NCBI GenBank assembly: GCA_044222065.1
Contig: JBGAOA010000045.1
Location: 1 to 34,589, forward strand
Direction of reading: 5' to 3'
Length of the DNA stretch: 34,589 nucleotides
From: Candidatus Eiseniibacteriota bacterium
GTDB lineage: Bacteria; Eisenbacteria; RBG-16-71-46
The position numbers were made by a program, and so were the translations under genes. Below are positions 17,672-27,006 of this stretch, piece after piece (position 1 is the stretch's first letter; every line of letters begins with the position of its first letter). The notes under the pieces are model-generated. The model was not told where the DNA came from. It saw only the letters and a program-made list of their open reading frames with translations, and did no database searches.

Positions 17672-18567
17672 ACCGGACGCGCTCGTTGCTCGCCGGACTG
17701 CTTCAGCTCGTCGTCGGTTTCGTTGCGATCAACGGAGCCATGGTCGCGGTGCGTCGCGGAGTGGAGCCGGCCATCACCGCGGCGCTGTCGCTCGACGCCG
17801 GCGGCGCCTCGATCGTCCGTCGGCTCGGGATCTTCCTCGTCGTCGTCGGCAGCTACGCGGCGTTCGTGCGCCTGTACGAGGCCCGCGCCCCGGACGAGTT
17901 GCGCCTGCGCCCGGCGTGGCTGCTCGCCGGCGCCGCGGGCGGCGCGCTCGCGACCACGACCACGACCCTCGTCCTGCTCGCGACCGGTCACTACCACGTT
18001 CTCGCCCATCGTGGCTGGGCCCAGGTCGGTGACGTGCTCGGCCCGATCGGCGTGGCGGCGTTCATCGAGGAGATCACCTACCGCGGCCTGCTGTTCCGCA
18101 TCCTCGAAGAACGCGCGGGCACCGCGTGGGCGCTGGCCGTCAGCTCGATCGTGTTCTGCGTTTCGCACGTCGCCAATGGCGGCTTCGGGCCGGTCACCCT
18201 GATCTCGGCGACGCTCACCGGCCTGATGTGGGCCGGCGTGTACGCCGTCACGCGCAACCTGTGGGTCGCATCCGCCCACCACGCGTGCTGGAACGCGGCG
18301 ATCTTCCTCTCGGGCGTGCCGCTCTCCGGCGTGGAAGAGTGGCGCGCGAAGGCCCCGTTCGTGACCGAGTATCACGGATCGGTCCTGTGGACCGGCGGCG
18401 CGTTCGGTCCCGAGGACTCCATCGTCAGCAACGTGCTGTGCCTGGCGATGTGCGTCGGGTTGTGGAAGCTCGCGCGAAAGCTGGACCCGACGTTTCCGCG
18501 AAAGGCGAAGACCGCTGACCTGCTCCCCGGATTGCGCGAACGGATAGCCTCAGTCCGCCGGGGTTGA
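17668..18567 (+). CDS. CPBP (CAAX/Abi) family intramembrane glutamic endopeptidase; C-terminus supplied by IS3
   Basis: ATGA overlap with upstream gene; EEITYRG, FCVSH, HACWN and TGGAFGPE motifs. Confidence 0.88.
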   Translation: MNRTRSLLAGLLQLVVGFVAINGAMVAVRRGVEPAITAALSLDAGGASIVRRLGIFLVVVGSYAAFVRLYEARAPDELRLRPAWLLAGAAGGALATTTTTLVLLATGHYHVLAHRGWAQVGDVLGPIGVAAFIEEITYRGLLFRILEERAGTAWALAVSSIVFCVSHVANGGFGPVTLISATLTGLMWAGVYAVTRNLWVASAHHACWNAAIFLSGVPLSGVEEWRAKAPFVTEYHGSVLWTGGAFGPEDSIVSNVLCLAMCVGLWKLARKLDPTFPRKAKTADLLPGLRERIASVRRG

Positions 18568-19707
18568 GATGTGCCGAGCGTACTCGCTCGGCGAGCAGCC
18601 GCCCAGAGCACCGTGCGGTCGCACTTCGTTGTAGTTCTCGCGCCGGGTCTCGATCGCCTCGCGCGCCTCCTGCAGGGTCAGGAACCACGACTCGTTCAGA
18701 CACTCGTCGCGGAACCGGCCGTTGAAGCTCTCGACGGACGCGTTGTCCACCGGCTTGCCCGGCCGGATGAAGTCGATCATGAGTCCGCGGTCGTGCGCCC
18801 ACAGGTCGAGCGCCCGGTCGGCGAACTCGGGCCCGTTGTCGGCGACGAGCGCGCGCCGCAGCCCACGCTGATCACGCAGGGGCTCCAGCACCTCGATCAC
18901 GCGGCTACCCGGCAGCGACGTATCGGTCTCGATCGCCAGGCACTCGCGCGTGCCGTCGTCCACCACGTTGAGCATCCGGATGCGCCGACCGTCGCGCAGC
19001 ATGTCGTGTACGAAGTCCAGGCCCCCGCGTTCGTTCGGCACCCGCGGGATCGGCATGGGTTGCCTCGGCACCGCGATGCGCTTCCGCCGCCGTCGCCGAA
19101 CGGTCAGCCCTTCCTCGCGGTACACGCGGTAGTCGGGCTTCCAGTTCACCTGCACACCTTCGCGCGCCAGCAGGATTTGCAGCCGCCGGTAACCCCACCG
19201 CGGTCTCGTCCCGGCCGGCGTCTTGAGCCGCTCACGCAGTGCTGCGTCATCACGCTGGCGCTGGTAGTGCCGCACCAAGCGATGCAGCCCGACCGGCCCG
19301 AGCGCGCGACGCTCGCTGACTCCGGAGTGCTGCAGCAGTCGTGCGCCGGCCTCGCGCCGGGCCGTGGCCGTCACGAGACCTTTCCCAGGATCTCCTTCAA
19401 GAGCTGTACGTCGAGCGCCTGGCTGGCCGCCAAGCTTCGTGAGCCGCGCGTTCTCGGCCTCGAGCTGCTTCAGGCGCTTGGCCTCGCTCAAGCCCAGCCC
19501 GCCGTACTTGGCCTTCCACTTGTACTACGCGCTCTCGGAGATGCCGTGCCGGCGATCGACGTCCTTCACAGAGCCCGCCTGGGCCTCGCGAAGGAAGTGG
19601 ATGACCTGCTCGGTCGTGAAGCGGCTCTTGCGCATCGGTCCTTCTCGCCGTTCAAGGCGACCAGAGAACTGAGGTTCACGTTGCGCGGTTTTCAGGGGAG
19701 CAGGTCA
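18516..19707 (-). mobile_element. IS3-family insertion sequence (degenerate), 1192 bp
   Basis: Terminal IRs TGACCTGCTCCCC (13 bp perfect, further match to ..CCTCAGT), 5'-TG..CA-3' ends; orfA/orfB; no target duplication seen. Confidence 0.9.
18550..19635 (-). pseudogene. IS3 transposase orfA/orfB, disrupted
   Basis: orfA MRKSRFTTEQ from 19635 has an in-frame TAG at 19525-19527 and a frameshift near 19435; orfB has DDE motifs DFVHD, DNGPEF and ESFNGRFRDE. Confidence 0.85.
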
Positions 19708-19922
19708 CAGCCACAACGTTCCGACGCCGGGGCACCCCGCGCGAATCCGGATGCTGCTGCCATCTGCTACGTGCGAAGCGCTTCGTCCAGCTGCCCCGCC
19801 TTCTGGGCTCGATCGCAAACTCGAATGCTGTCGGCGTGGGCATTGCAGACACCCAGCGACACGCTCGCGAGCACGACCCGCCGCCATCCCGCGGCACGTC
19901 TCCCCTCGTGGATCGTGTTCAA
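19708..19922 (-). pseudogene. Remnant of an exported Sel1/TPR-like gene truncated by IS3
   Basis: TTG overlapping the mscS stop with GAGGAG RBS; signal-like segment, then LDEALRT*QMAAASGFARGA running into the IS end. Confidence 0.35.
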
Positions 19923-20962
19923 GATGCACTCCTCTCGTCGGCGGCCAGGTGCACGACTCGCTGCGGGAAGGGAATCTGAATCCGAGCCTCTCCATAGCGC
20001 CGGTGCAATCGCTTGATGAACTCGTGGACGACCAGGTAGCGGTCGACGAACTCGCGGACCCGGAGGATGACGGTGAAGTTGATCGAAGAGTCCGCAAATG
20101 TGTGATAGCGGATGAATGGTTCGAATTCGGGGACGGCTCCCGAGACGTCGCGCTGTGTCTCGCGCGCCGTCTCGATGGTGATCCGTTCGACCTCGTCCAG
20201 GTCCGAGCCATAGGCCACCCCCACCTGCACGAGCGCGGCCTGCTCTCCTTCGGGCAACGAATAGTTGCGGACGATCACCTCGGCCAGTCGCGAGTTCGGT
20301 ACCACCACGAGGTTGTTCGAGAGCTCGCGGATTTGAGTCGAGCGCCATCCGATGTCGGCTACGAACCCCTGATGCCCGGCCTCGAGTTCGACGAAGTCAC
20401 CCACCCGGATGCGGCGCGCGAGCGTGATGTGGAACCCAGCGAACAGGTTCGACAGCGTCGGCTGCAGAGCGAGCGCCACCGCGAGAGAGCCCACGCCGAG
20501 TGCCGTGAGTAAGGGCGCGATCGCGATTCCCAGGTTTCCGAGCACCACCAGCAGGCCCAGCGCGATGACGGAAATTCGCACCGCGTTCTGGGTGAGTGTC
20601 GTGGCGGGAAGGGCGCCCGGCCATCGCGCCGAGCGATTCGCGATCACGCGGGTGAGGAACGCGGACAGGGCGAGCGTCACGGAGAAGAGGAAAGCGGCAA
20701 GTGCCAGGCGATCCACCCTTGCCACGACAGCCGCACCGGGGTTCGCGTAGCGCACGCTCGCGATCACTCCCAGCGCCAAGCACCAGAATGGGAATTGGGG
20801 TGCCACCGCGCCGAGGAGAGCGTCGTCCAGGTCTGTCCGCGAGCTATGGAACAGCCTCGCCAGCCGGCCTGCGACCAGGCGGCGCACGGTCCAGCCAAGA
20901 AGGCCACTCGCAGCAGCCAGGGCGGCCGCGACAACCCACCTCACGACGTCCTCGCGAATCAA
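19919..20962 (-). CDS. mscS: Small-conductance mechanosensitive channel
   Basis: LGVGSLAVALALQPTLSNLFAG TM3, IRVGDFV, IGWRST, VPNS, VGVAYGSD and IQIPFPQR motifs. Confidence 0.93.
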   Translation of the reverse strand: MIREDVVRWVVAAALAAASGLLGWTVRRLVAGRLARLFHSSRTDLDDALLGAVAPQFPFWCLALGVIASVRYANPGAAVVARVDRLALAAFLFSVTLALSAFLTRVIANRSARWPGALPATTLTQNAVRISVIALGLLVVLGNLGIAIAPLLTALGVGSLAVALALQPTLSNLFAGFHITLARRIRVGDFVELEAGHQGFVADIGWRSTQIRELSNNLVVVPNSRLAEVIVRNYSLPEGEQAALVQVGVAYGSDLDEVERITIETARETQRDVSGAVPEFEPFIRYHTFADSSINFTVILRVREFVDRYLVVHEFIKRLHRRYGEARIQIPFPQRVVHLAADERSAS

Positions 20963-20992
20963 TCCAGGCCCCTTTCCGCTCGAGTTTCTCGA

Positions 20993-21778
20993 TCACCGTC
21001 GGGTCCCTCCTGGCTCGCGCTTGCGCGAAGTATCGGAGGTCCCGGTCACCGACCTTGGGGGTCTGGCCATGCGGCCAACCCCCTTCCTTGCCCCTCGGCC
21101 GGGCGCGACCTCGACTTCGATAGCCGGGACGGGGGCCGACGACTCGAAAGACTGGATGAGTCCAACCATTGCTCGAAGCGTCGCGCGGGGGTTGACTCGC
21201 TCCGATCCTTGGCCATCCATCGAAGCCCGAACAGACGCAACACCCGACACCGCGCCGAAGAGCAATTTCGCGACCTCCAGATCGTTGAGACCCCGAGGCG
21301 CGCGCGCTGCCGGGTTCAGCGAGAGCACCTGAGCGAGCCCCGTGAGGTACTTGGAGAGCGCGCCCCGGAGTGACCGGGATTCGAGAGCATTGAACTTCAG
21401 CAGACCGCGCACCTGGTGAAAGATGCGCATCAGGTCGGGGTTTTCTTCGAAGAACTCGAGATGTGCCTCCGCCACTCGCGCGATGGCGTCCTGACGGCTC
21501 ACTGCCCCCTGGGTGGCTCGATGGATTTGGCCGAGGAGTTCATTGAAGCCGTTCGTCACCACGGCCTCGATCAATTCCTCCTTGTTCGCGAAGTAGAGGT
21601 ACAGCGTCCCTTTTGCGATGCCGGCCTGCCGGCTCAGGTCCTCGATGCGGGAGTCGTAGAGCCCCTTCTCGGCAAAGAGCCTTCTGCCCGCGGCAAGGAG
21701 TTCGCGCCTCGTGAGGTGCTTGCGATGCTCTCTACGCCCTCGAGGTGGCGCATCCGACGTTGGCTTGCGTGCTGCCAT
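20993..21778 (-). CDS. TetR/AcrR-family transcriptional regulator
   Basis: ATG at 21778 with GGAGGT RBS; LFAEKG..IEDLSRQAGIAKGTLYLYFANKEEL HTH. Confidence 0.93.
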   Translation of the reverse strand: MAARKPTSDAPPRGRREHRKHLTRRELLAAGRRLFAEKGLYDSRIEDLSRQAGIAKGTLYLYFANKEELIEAVVTNGFNELLGQIHRATQGAVSRQDAIARVAEAHLEFFEENPDLMRIFHQVRGLLKFNALESRSLRGALSKYLTGLAQVLSLNPAARAPRGLNDLEVAKLLFGAVSGVASVRASMDGQGSERVNPRATLRAMVGLIQSFESSAPVPAIEVEVAPGRGARKGVGRMARPPRSVTGTSDTSRKREPGGTRR

Positions 21779-21801
21779 GGCACCTCCATCCGAATGTTCA
21801 C

Positions 21802-21844
21802 TGACCTTGTGGTCAACTTTACATCCCCCTCCGAGGAAGATCAA
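21802..21844 (-). promoter_or_regulatory. tetR promoter (TTGATC-17-TAAAGT) followed by operator TGACC-N4-GGTCA
   Basis: -35 at 21839-21844, -10 at 21816-21821, palindrome at 21802-21815. Confidence 0.72.
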
Positions 21845-21972
21845 TCGGTTCACACGTGATCGACTTCGAGTGGCGGTCTTGCTGACACCTTGCTACATCG
21901 AGTTGACGCAGAATCCGTCGATCGATCGCGACCATCGTCGCGCACTCTACGAACATTGGCCTGACGGTCATC

Positions 21973-22971
21973 TTGTCCGTAGTTTGGAAGTGCGTCGCGT
22001 GTGGTCTGAGCGGCCTCGGCCCACCCGATCCTCAGGGCGCGAAGGAGTACGTCACGAAAGTCCACGGACCCGTCCTCTTCGTCTCCGACCTGAGAACCAA
22101 CAGCGACTCGGCCCTTCGTGAAGCTGCGACTCATGCGTCGAGCGCGCACGCAGCGCTGGTGGCCTGCCACGTCCTCCCCGAATTCATCGGGTTCCGTCCG
22201 CTGTTCGCGCAGTTGCGCGTGTTCGACCGCGAGCAGGTTCGACTGGTGAGCGATTGGGCGATGCGGCTTCTCGACGACCAGGTCGCGCGTGTGATCTCGA
22301 AGGACGAGCCGCGCCCCACGCTACGCCTCGAGTCCGGATCGCCCCCTGTCGCCCTGGTCGATCTTGCGGATGAACTCTCGGCCGGACTGATTGTCGTTGG
22401 CGGGAGCCCCGAAGGCCGCGGCGACGCGTCGCCCGTGGCTCTGGCCGAGAAGATCTCTCGCCACGTGTCCTGCCTGGTTCTTCTGTCGTCGCCCGAGTCC
22501 GGCAGGACGGTGCTGAGCGCTCTGGACTTCTCGGACCCTGCGCTGCCGGCCGTCCATGCCGCGCTGGAAGAATCCGAGCGGCTCGACCTCCCCCTGTACG
22601 TCCTGCATGCGGTCGACCCGGATGTGTCGATCATCGCCGCGCCGGAAATGGGTTTCGTGGCATCGCTTGGAGCACTCGTGAGCTCCTATGTTCCGACATT
22701 CATCGAGGCCCGCCGTGCCGAGGCCGGCCACCTGCTTGAGGATCTCTCCAAGAGCCTTGGGAAGGGCTTCGTGCTGCTGCGCGACGGGCCCACGGTGGAC
22801 GCCATCCTCGGTGCGGCCGAATCCGTGGACGCGTCGCTCATCGTCGTGGGGACTCACGGCCGCGCCGGGCTCCGACGGCTCGCGATGGGCAGCGTGGCCG
22901 AAGGCGTAACCAGGGGCACAAGGCGATCCACTCTCGTCGTCCCACTGCAACGGGGACGGGCGTCAGGCTGA
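21973..22971 (+). CDS. Tandem-domain universal stress protein (start uncertain; likely ACG at 22054)
   Basis: Two USP domains: VLFVSD..GSP..LIVVG and VLSALDFS..LIVVGTHGRAGLRRLAMGSVAEGV. Confidence 0.88.
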   Translation: MSVVWKCVACGLSGLGPPDPQGAKEYVTKVHGPVLFVSDLRTNSDSALREAATHASSAHAALVACHVLPEFIGFRPLFAQLRVFDREQVRLVSDWAMRLLDDQVARVISKDEPRPTLRLESGSPPVALVDLADELSAGLIVVGGSPEGRGDASPVALAEKISRHVSCLVLLSSPESGRTVLSALDFSDPALPAVHAALEESERLDLPLYVLHAVDPDVSIIAAPEMGFVASLGALVSSYVPTFIEARRAEAGHLLEDLSKSLGKGFVLLRDGPTVDAILGAAESVDASLIVVGTHGRAGLRRLAMGSVAEGVTRGTRRSTLVVPLQRGRASG

Positions 22972-23766
22972 CCGGGAATCTGCCGCCTCGGTGACCCGCA
23001 GCCACTCTTTGAGAAACGCCGACACCGCCTCGCAGGAGGGCAGGCGGCCCTGAGCGATGGTGGGCTCGTTGGTCGGGCCCACCCGGACGCCGAAACCCCA
23101 GTCGCGCACGACGTCGAACGCGTCTTCATCGGTGACGTCGTCGCCGATGAAGACGCCCAGGGTTCCCGGAACCGCCTGCGTAAGCAGAGTCAGCGCGACC
23201 GTTCCCTTGTTGCCCTCCCGGGCCCGCAGTTCCACACCGCCGTCGATCCGGTCGATGGCCACGCGGCGGTCTGCGAGCCTCTCCCACGTGCGAGCGCACT
23301 CGTCCTGGAGTTCGTGCGCCCGATCGTCGGGGAGCCCTCGCGTGTGGAGGACGACGGCCGATCGCTTGCGCTCCAGCAGGTCGCCCCACCCCGCTGCTTC
23401 GGCCGCTGATGTTGCCTCCGCAATCGTCGTCCCTACCGAGGTGTCGAGCGGACGGCGGATGATCTCACCGTGTGGTTCGCGTCGCTCCCAGCCGTGCTCC
23501 CCCACGAAGACCGCGGGCAGGTCGCCGAGAAATCCCTCCACCTCCGCCAGTGGCCGCCCCGAAACGATCGCGACACTCGTGAGCGTCATGGAGGCGATCT
23601 TTCGCAGCAACGAAAGGGCTTCCGGCACCGGAACCGCCTTGTCCCGCTCCTCCACGAATGGAGCGAGCGTTCCGTCGTAGTCCAGCATGAGGAGACGGTG
23701 CCGTGCAACGGCCACCATCCCCCACAAGGTCCCGGGAATGCCTTCAAGTGCTTCGCGAGTCGCCAT
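22963..23766 (-). CDS. otsB: Trehalose-6-phosphate phosphatase
   Basis: ATG at 23766 with AGGAGG RBS; HAD motifs LDYDGTL, IVSGR, GEHG, NKG and IGDDVTDEDAF. Confidence 0.93.
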   Translation of the reverse strand: MATREALEGIPGTLWGMVAVARHRLLMLDYDGTLAPFVEERDKAVPVPEALSLLRKIASMTLTSVAIVSGRPLAEVEGFLGDLPAVFVGEHGWERREPHGEIIRRPLDTSVGTTIAEATSAAEAAGWGDLLERKRSAVVLHTRGLPDDRAHELQDECARTWERLADRRVAIDRIDGGVELRAREGNKGTVALTLLTQAVPGTLGVFIGDDVTDEDAFDVVRDWGFGVRVGPTNEPTIAQGRLPSCEAVSAFLKEWLRVTEAADSRSA

Positions 23767-23786
23767 CGTCACAACCTCCTGCCACC

Positions 23787-23833
23787 TAAAGTTGACCGTC
23801 AGGTCATATTTGACTATGCTGACCTCGTCGTCA
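23787..23833 (+). promoter_or_regulatory. otsA promoter (TTGACC-17-TATGCT) with two TGACC-N4-GGTCA-type operators
   Basis: -35 at 23792-23797, -10 at 23815-23820; operators at 23793-23806 (perfect) and 23820-23833 (1 mismatch). Confidence 0.72.
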
Positions 23834-23914
23834 AGGAAGCAGCGGGGGCCAAGAGCGGCGCGGTCGGCCGACTGGCGCGCATCGCACCGCGGAGCCCGGC
23901 CCCGGGAGGTGCAC

Positions 23915-25522
23915 ATGGAACTCCGAGAGCGAGCGCGCGCTGCACTACATCGGGCGGCGATTCGCACGCAACAGCGAAGCGAAGCACCGCCTCGCACGTC
24001 GCGTGAGGACCTTGTGGCGTGGGTCAAGGCACACCTCCCGGGACGAAGGCTGGTCGTCGTGTCCAATCGCGAGCCCTACTCGCACCAGCACGAGGGCGAG
24101 GGCATTCGCGTGGTGCGGAATGCGGGCGGGCTCACGGTCGCGCTCGACGCCGTGATGCAGGCGCTGGGAGGAGTCTGGGTGGCGCACGGCAGCGGCGACG
24201 CGGACCGTGAGGTCGTCGACGCCCGCGACAAGATCGCCTGCCCGCCGGACCACCCGCGTTACTCGCTGCGCCGGCTCTGGCTCTCACACGAAGACCACGA
24301 CCGCTACTACTCCGGGTTCGCCAACAGCGCTCTGTGGCCGTTGTGCCACGTGGTGTACGTGCGCCCCCGGTTCCGGCTGACGGACTTCGACTCCTATCGC
24401 GACGTCAACCGGCGGTTCGCACGGGCCGTCCTGGACGAGGTCGGCGACGAACCCGCCATGGTGTTCGTCCAGGACTACCACCTCGCGCTTGCGGCCCGGT
24501 TCATCAAGGAGCGGCGACCGGACGTCCAGGTGGCGATGTTCTGGCACATCCCCTGGCCGAATCCGGAAGTGTTCCGAGTCCTGCCCTGGAAGGAGGAGAT
24601 CCTCGAAGGCATGCTCGCGAACGACTTGGTCGGCTTCCACATCCGACGCCACGCGACCAACTTCCTCGACACGGTGGCCGAGACGCTGGAAGCCCGAGTG
24701 GACTTCGAGCGTCTGGCCGTGGATCGCGGGGGGCGACGGTCCTGGGTGCATCCCTTCGCGATCAGCATCGACGCCGACGAGATCGCAGCACTGGCCGAGA
24801 GTCCTGAGACCCGACGCGCGGAGACACGCATCCGCGAGGAACTCGGGCTCCAGGGGTGCGCCATCGGCCTTGGCGTGGACCGGCTCGACTACACCAAGGG
24901 GATTCCGGAACGCTTCGACGCGCTCGAGCGCCTCTTCGAGAAACATCCCGAATGGCAGGGGCGCTTCGCGTTCATTCAGATCGGCGTGCCGTCCCGCATC
25001 GAGCTGCGCGAATACCGCGATGTGCAGATCCGGGTGCACCGCTGGGCCGACCGTATCAACCGCCGCTATCCCCGGGCGGCGGGGCCCACGGTGCCCCTGA
25101 TCGAACGGAACCTCGACTTCCGCGAACTGGTCCCCTACTACCGCATGGCGGACCTGTGCGCGGTGACCTCGCTGCACGATGGCATGAACCTGGTAGCCAA
25201 GGAGTACCTCGCGGCGTCCACGGACCTTGCGGGTTCGTTGGTGCTCTCGCCTTTCACGGGCGCGGCACGCGAACTGGAGCGAGCCTGGCTCGCCTCACCG
25301 TACGACCGCGAGGGCCTCGCCGACACCTATCACGCGGCACTTTCCGAGCCTCGCGACTCTCGTCGCCAGCGCATGGGGGCGCTGCGCGAGATCGTGATGC
25401 GCCGAAACGTCTACGACTGGACGCTCGAGATCCTGGATGCGTTCGTGGGCCTGGATCTCCGGACGCCCACCCGGGACAACACGGGCATCCCCGCCCCGAA
25501 TGCGGGGCCCGCGACCGACTAA
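23915..25522 (+). CDS. otsA: Trehalose-6-phosphate synthase (GT20)
   Basis: ATG at 23915 with GGAGGT RBS; VVSNR, GGL, LWPLCH, QDYHL, FWHIPWP, DRLDYTKGI and DGMNLVAKEY motifs. Confidence 0.95.
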   Translation: MELRERARAALHRAAIRTQQRSEAPPRTSREDLVAWVKAHLPGRRLVVVSNREPYSHQHEGEGIRVVRNAGGLTVALDAVMQALGGVWVAHGSGDADREVVDARDKIACPPDHPRYSLRRLWLSHEDHDRYYSGFANSALWPLCHVVYVRPRFRLTDFDSYRDVNRRFARAVLDEVGDEPAMVFVQDYHLALAARFIKERRPDVQVAMFWHIPWPNPEVFRVLPWKEEILEGMLANDLVGFHIRRHATNFLDTVAETLEARVDFERLAVDRGGRRSWVHPFAISIDADEIAALAESPETRRAETRIREELGLQGCAIGLGVDRLDYTKGIPERFDALERLFEKHPEWQGRFAFIQIGVPSRIELREYRDVQIRVHRWADRINRRYPRAAGPTVPLIERNLDFRELVPYYRMADLCAVTSLHDGMNLVAKEYLAASTDLAGSLVLSPFTGAARELERAWLASPYDREGLADTYHAALSEPRDSRRQRMGALREIVMRRNVYDWTLEILDAFVGLDLRTPTRDNTGIPAPNAGPATD

Positions 25523-25549
25523 TTCCGGTCGCTTCTCGGAGGTGATGCC

Positions 25550-26254
25550 ATGTCGCGCATGATGCTCATCGGATCGGAACCCTGGTCGAGCTTGCTCACC
25601 CGGCTCGAAGAACTCGCACGCGCGTCCGGTCAGGGAGCGACCAACGTGATTGCGGCGGTCGTTGTGATGCTGCTGGGCTGGGGCATCGCCGCGATCGTGT
25701 CGCGCGTCGTGCGCAGCCTCCTGCGAGCTGCGCGGTTTGATGACGGCGTCCGGAGGGTACTGGGTCCACGCAGCACGTCGCGGCACGAGCCCGCAGGCGT
25801 CGCCGCCTGGATCGCCTACTGGACCGTCATGGCCGGCACCGCATTGATGGCCCTCGAGGTGCTGGGCTACAGCCTCGCCGGGTCCGTTGCCTCCCGGCTC
25901 GGCGAGGTGCTGCCGCGCATCGTGACCTCGGCGGTACTGTTCGCGGTGGGATCGCTGATCGCGCTCCTGATCGGCAACATCGTCCGGCGCTTCCTCGAAT
26001 CCGCGGACATCCGCGCGGCTCGTCTGCAGGGGCAGGTGATCTCCGCGGTGTTGACCGGCTTCGCCGCACTGCTCGCACTCGAGCAACTCGGCTTCGCGGC
26101 GCAGTTCGTGATGGGGGTCGGCATCGTCGCGGTTGCCGCGACCGGGCTGGGCCTGGCGCTCGCGTTCGGCCTGGGTTGCCGTGAACTCGCACGCGACTTC
26201 CTGGTCGAGTACCTCCGGTCACTCGAAGACGACGGCCCGAAGAGGCCGCACTGA
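25550..26254 (+). CDS. Conserved TM-helix membrane protein (CmpX / MscS-associated TM_helix family)
   Basis: Repeated TM-helix units (LPRIVTSAVLFAVG) and ALEQLG..LALAFGLG motif. Confidence 0.8.
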   Translation: MSRMMLIGSEPWSSLLTRLEELARASGQGATNVIAAVVVMLLGWGIAAIVSRVVRSLLRAARFDDGVRRVLGPRSTSRHEPAGVAAWIAYWTVMAGTALMALEVLGYSLAGSVASRLGEVLPRIVTSAVLFAVGSLIALLIGNIVRRFLESADIRAARLQGQVISAVLTGFAALLALEQLGFAAQFVMGVGIVAVAATGLGLALAFGLGCRELARDFLVEYLRSLEDDGPKRPH

Positions 26255-27006
26255 TGCCGGGGAGCGCCGTCTTCGAGCTGCGCGGCGTCGTTCACCTCGT
26301 CCGGCCGTGGGGATCGCCGGCCCGGGACCTCGACCAACTGCTCAGCGGCATCGCCTCCGCTCCCGCCGAGGTCGTATTCCGTCATGCCGTGCAACACCTG
26401 CTGCGGCATCCCGGAGCGGAGGAACTTGCTCCGGACGACTTCACGTCGTGGATTGGCGGCGTAGTGCAGGATGCCGAAACCGCCGAGCGGCTGTCGTTCG
26501 AGGTTCAAGGCGGGCACTCGACTCCCGAGGCTCTTCGGTCGGCGCTGGTGTCGGTGCTGGAATCAATCCCGGGCAGGAAACGTCTTGAACGCGACGCCCC
26601 CGAGGGCAGCGCGTTCGGATTCCTGTCCGCGACCTCCTTGAGCTTTCCGACCGGCGTGGAAGTGAGCGATGCCGGGAAGCTGATCGATGCGTTGATGTCC
26701 GCCGATGCTGGTGTCTGGTTCTTCCACCTGATCGAACAGCCGTTCCTTTCCGCGGGTGAAGCCCCGCTCCTCGACTGGTTGTCGTGGGAGGGGCACGAGC
26801 GACTGGCATGTTGGCTGGACGAATCGGCTCACGCGGGGCTGCCGATCGACATAGCCAGAGCCCGGCTCCTCAAGCGCTGGAGGCAGAGTCATCTCGGCAG
26901 GCGTGTCGCGGAGGCGGCCCAGGTTCCCGAGGACGCGCGCCGCGAGGTCGCACGGCAGGCGATGGCGAGATTTCTGCGCCGCAGACACTCCGAGGGTAAC
27001 TCGTGA
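26254..27006 (+). CDS. DUF5752 / OrfY-like TreT-associated protein
   Basis: Internally duplicated ARDLDQLL..VFRH..DDFTSWI / FFHL..LLDWL pattern; translationally coupled to treT. Confidence 0.75.
   Translation: MPGSAVFELRGVVHLVRPWGSPARDLDQLLSGIASAPAEVVFRHAVQHLLRHPGAEELAPDDFTSWIGGVVQDAETAERLSFEVQGGHSTPEALRSALVSVLESIPGRKRLERDAPEGSAFGFLSATSLSFPTGVEVSDAGKLIDALMSADAGVWFFHLIEQPFLSAGEAPLLDWLSWEGHERLACWLDESAHAGLPIDIARARLLKRWRQSHLGRRVAEAAQVPEDARREVARQAMARFLRRRHSEGNS

Noticed and set aside
18516..18520. IS ends begin with TGACC, like the TetR operator half-site
   Set aside because: Single half-sites 1.2 kb apart; TG ends are standard for IS3, so likely coincidental.
19525..19769. Two in-frame TAGs at Tyr-like positions suggesting stop-codon recoding
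   Set aside because: TAG ends intact genes exactly at their conserved C-termini (176, 6390, 13909, 33533), and both cases lie in decayed elements.
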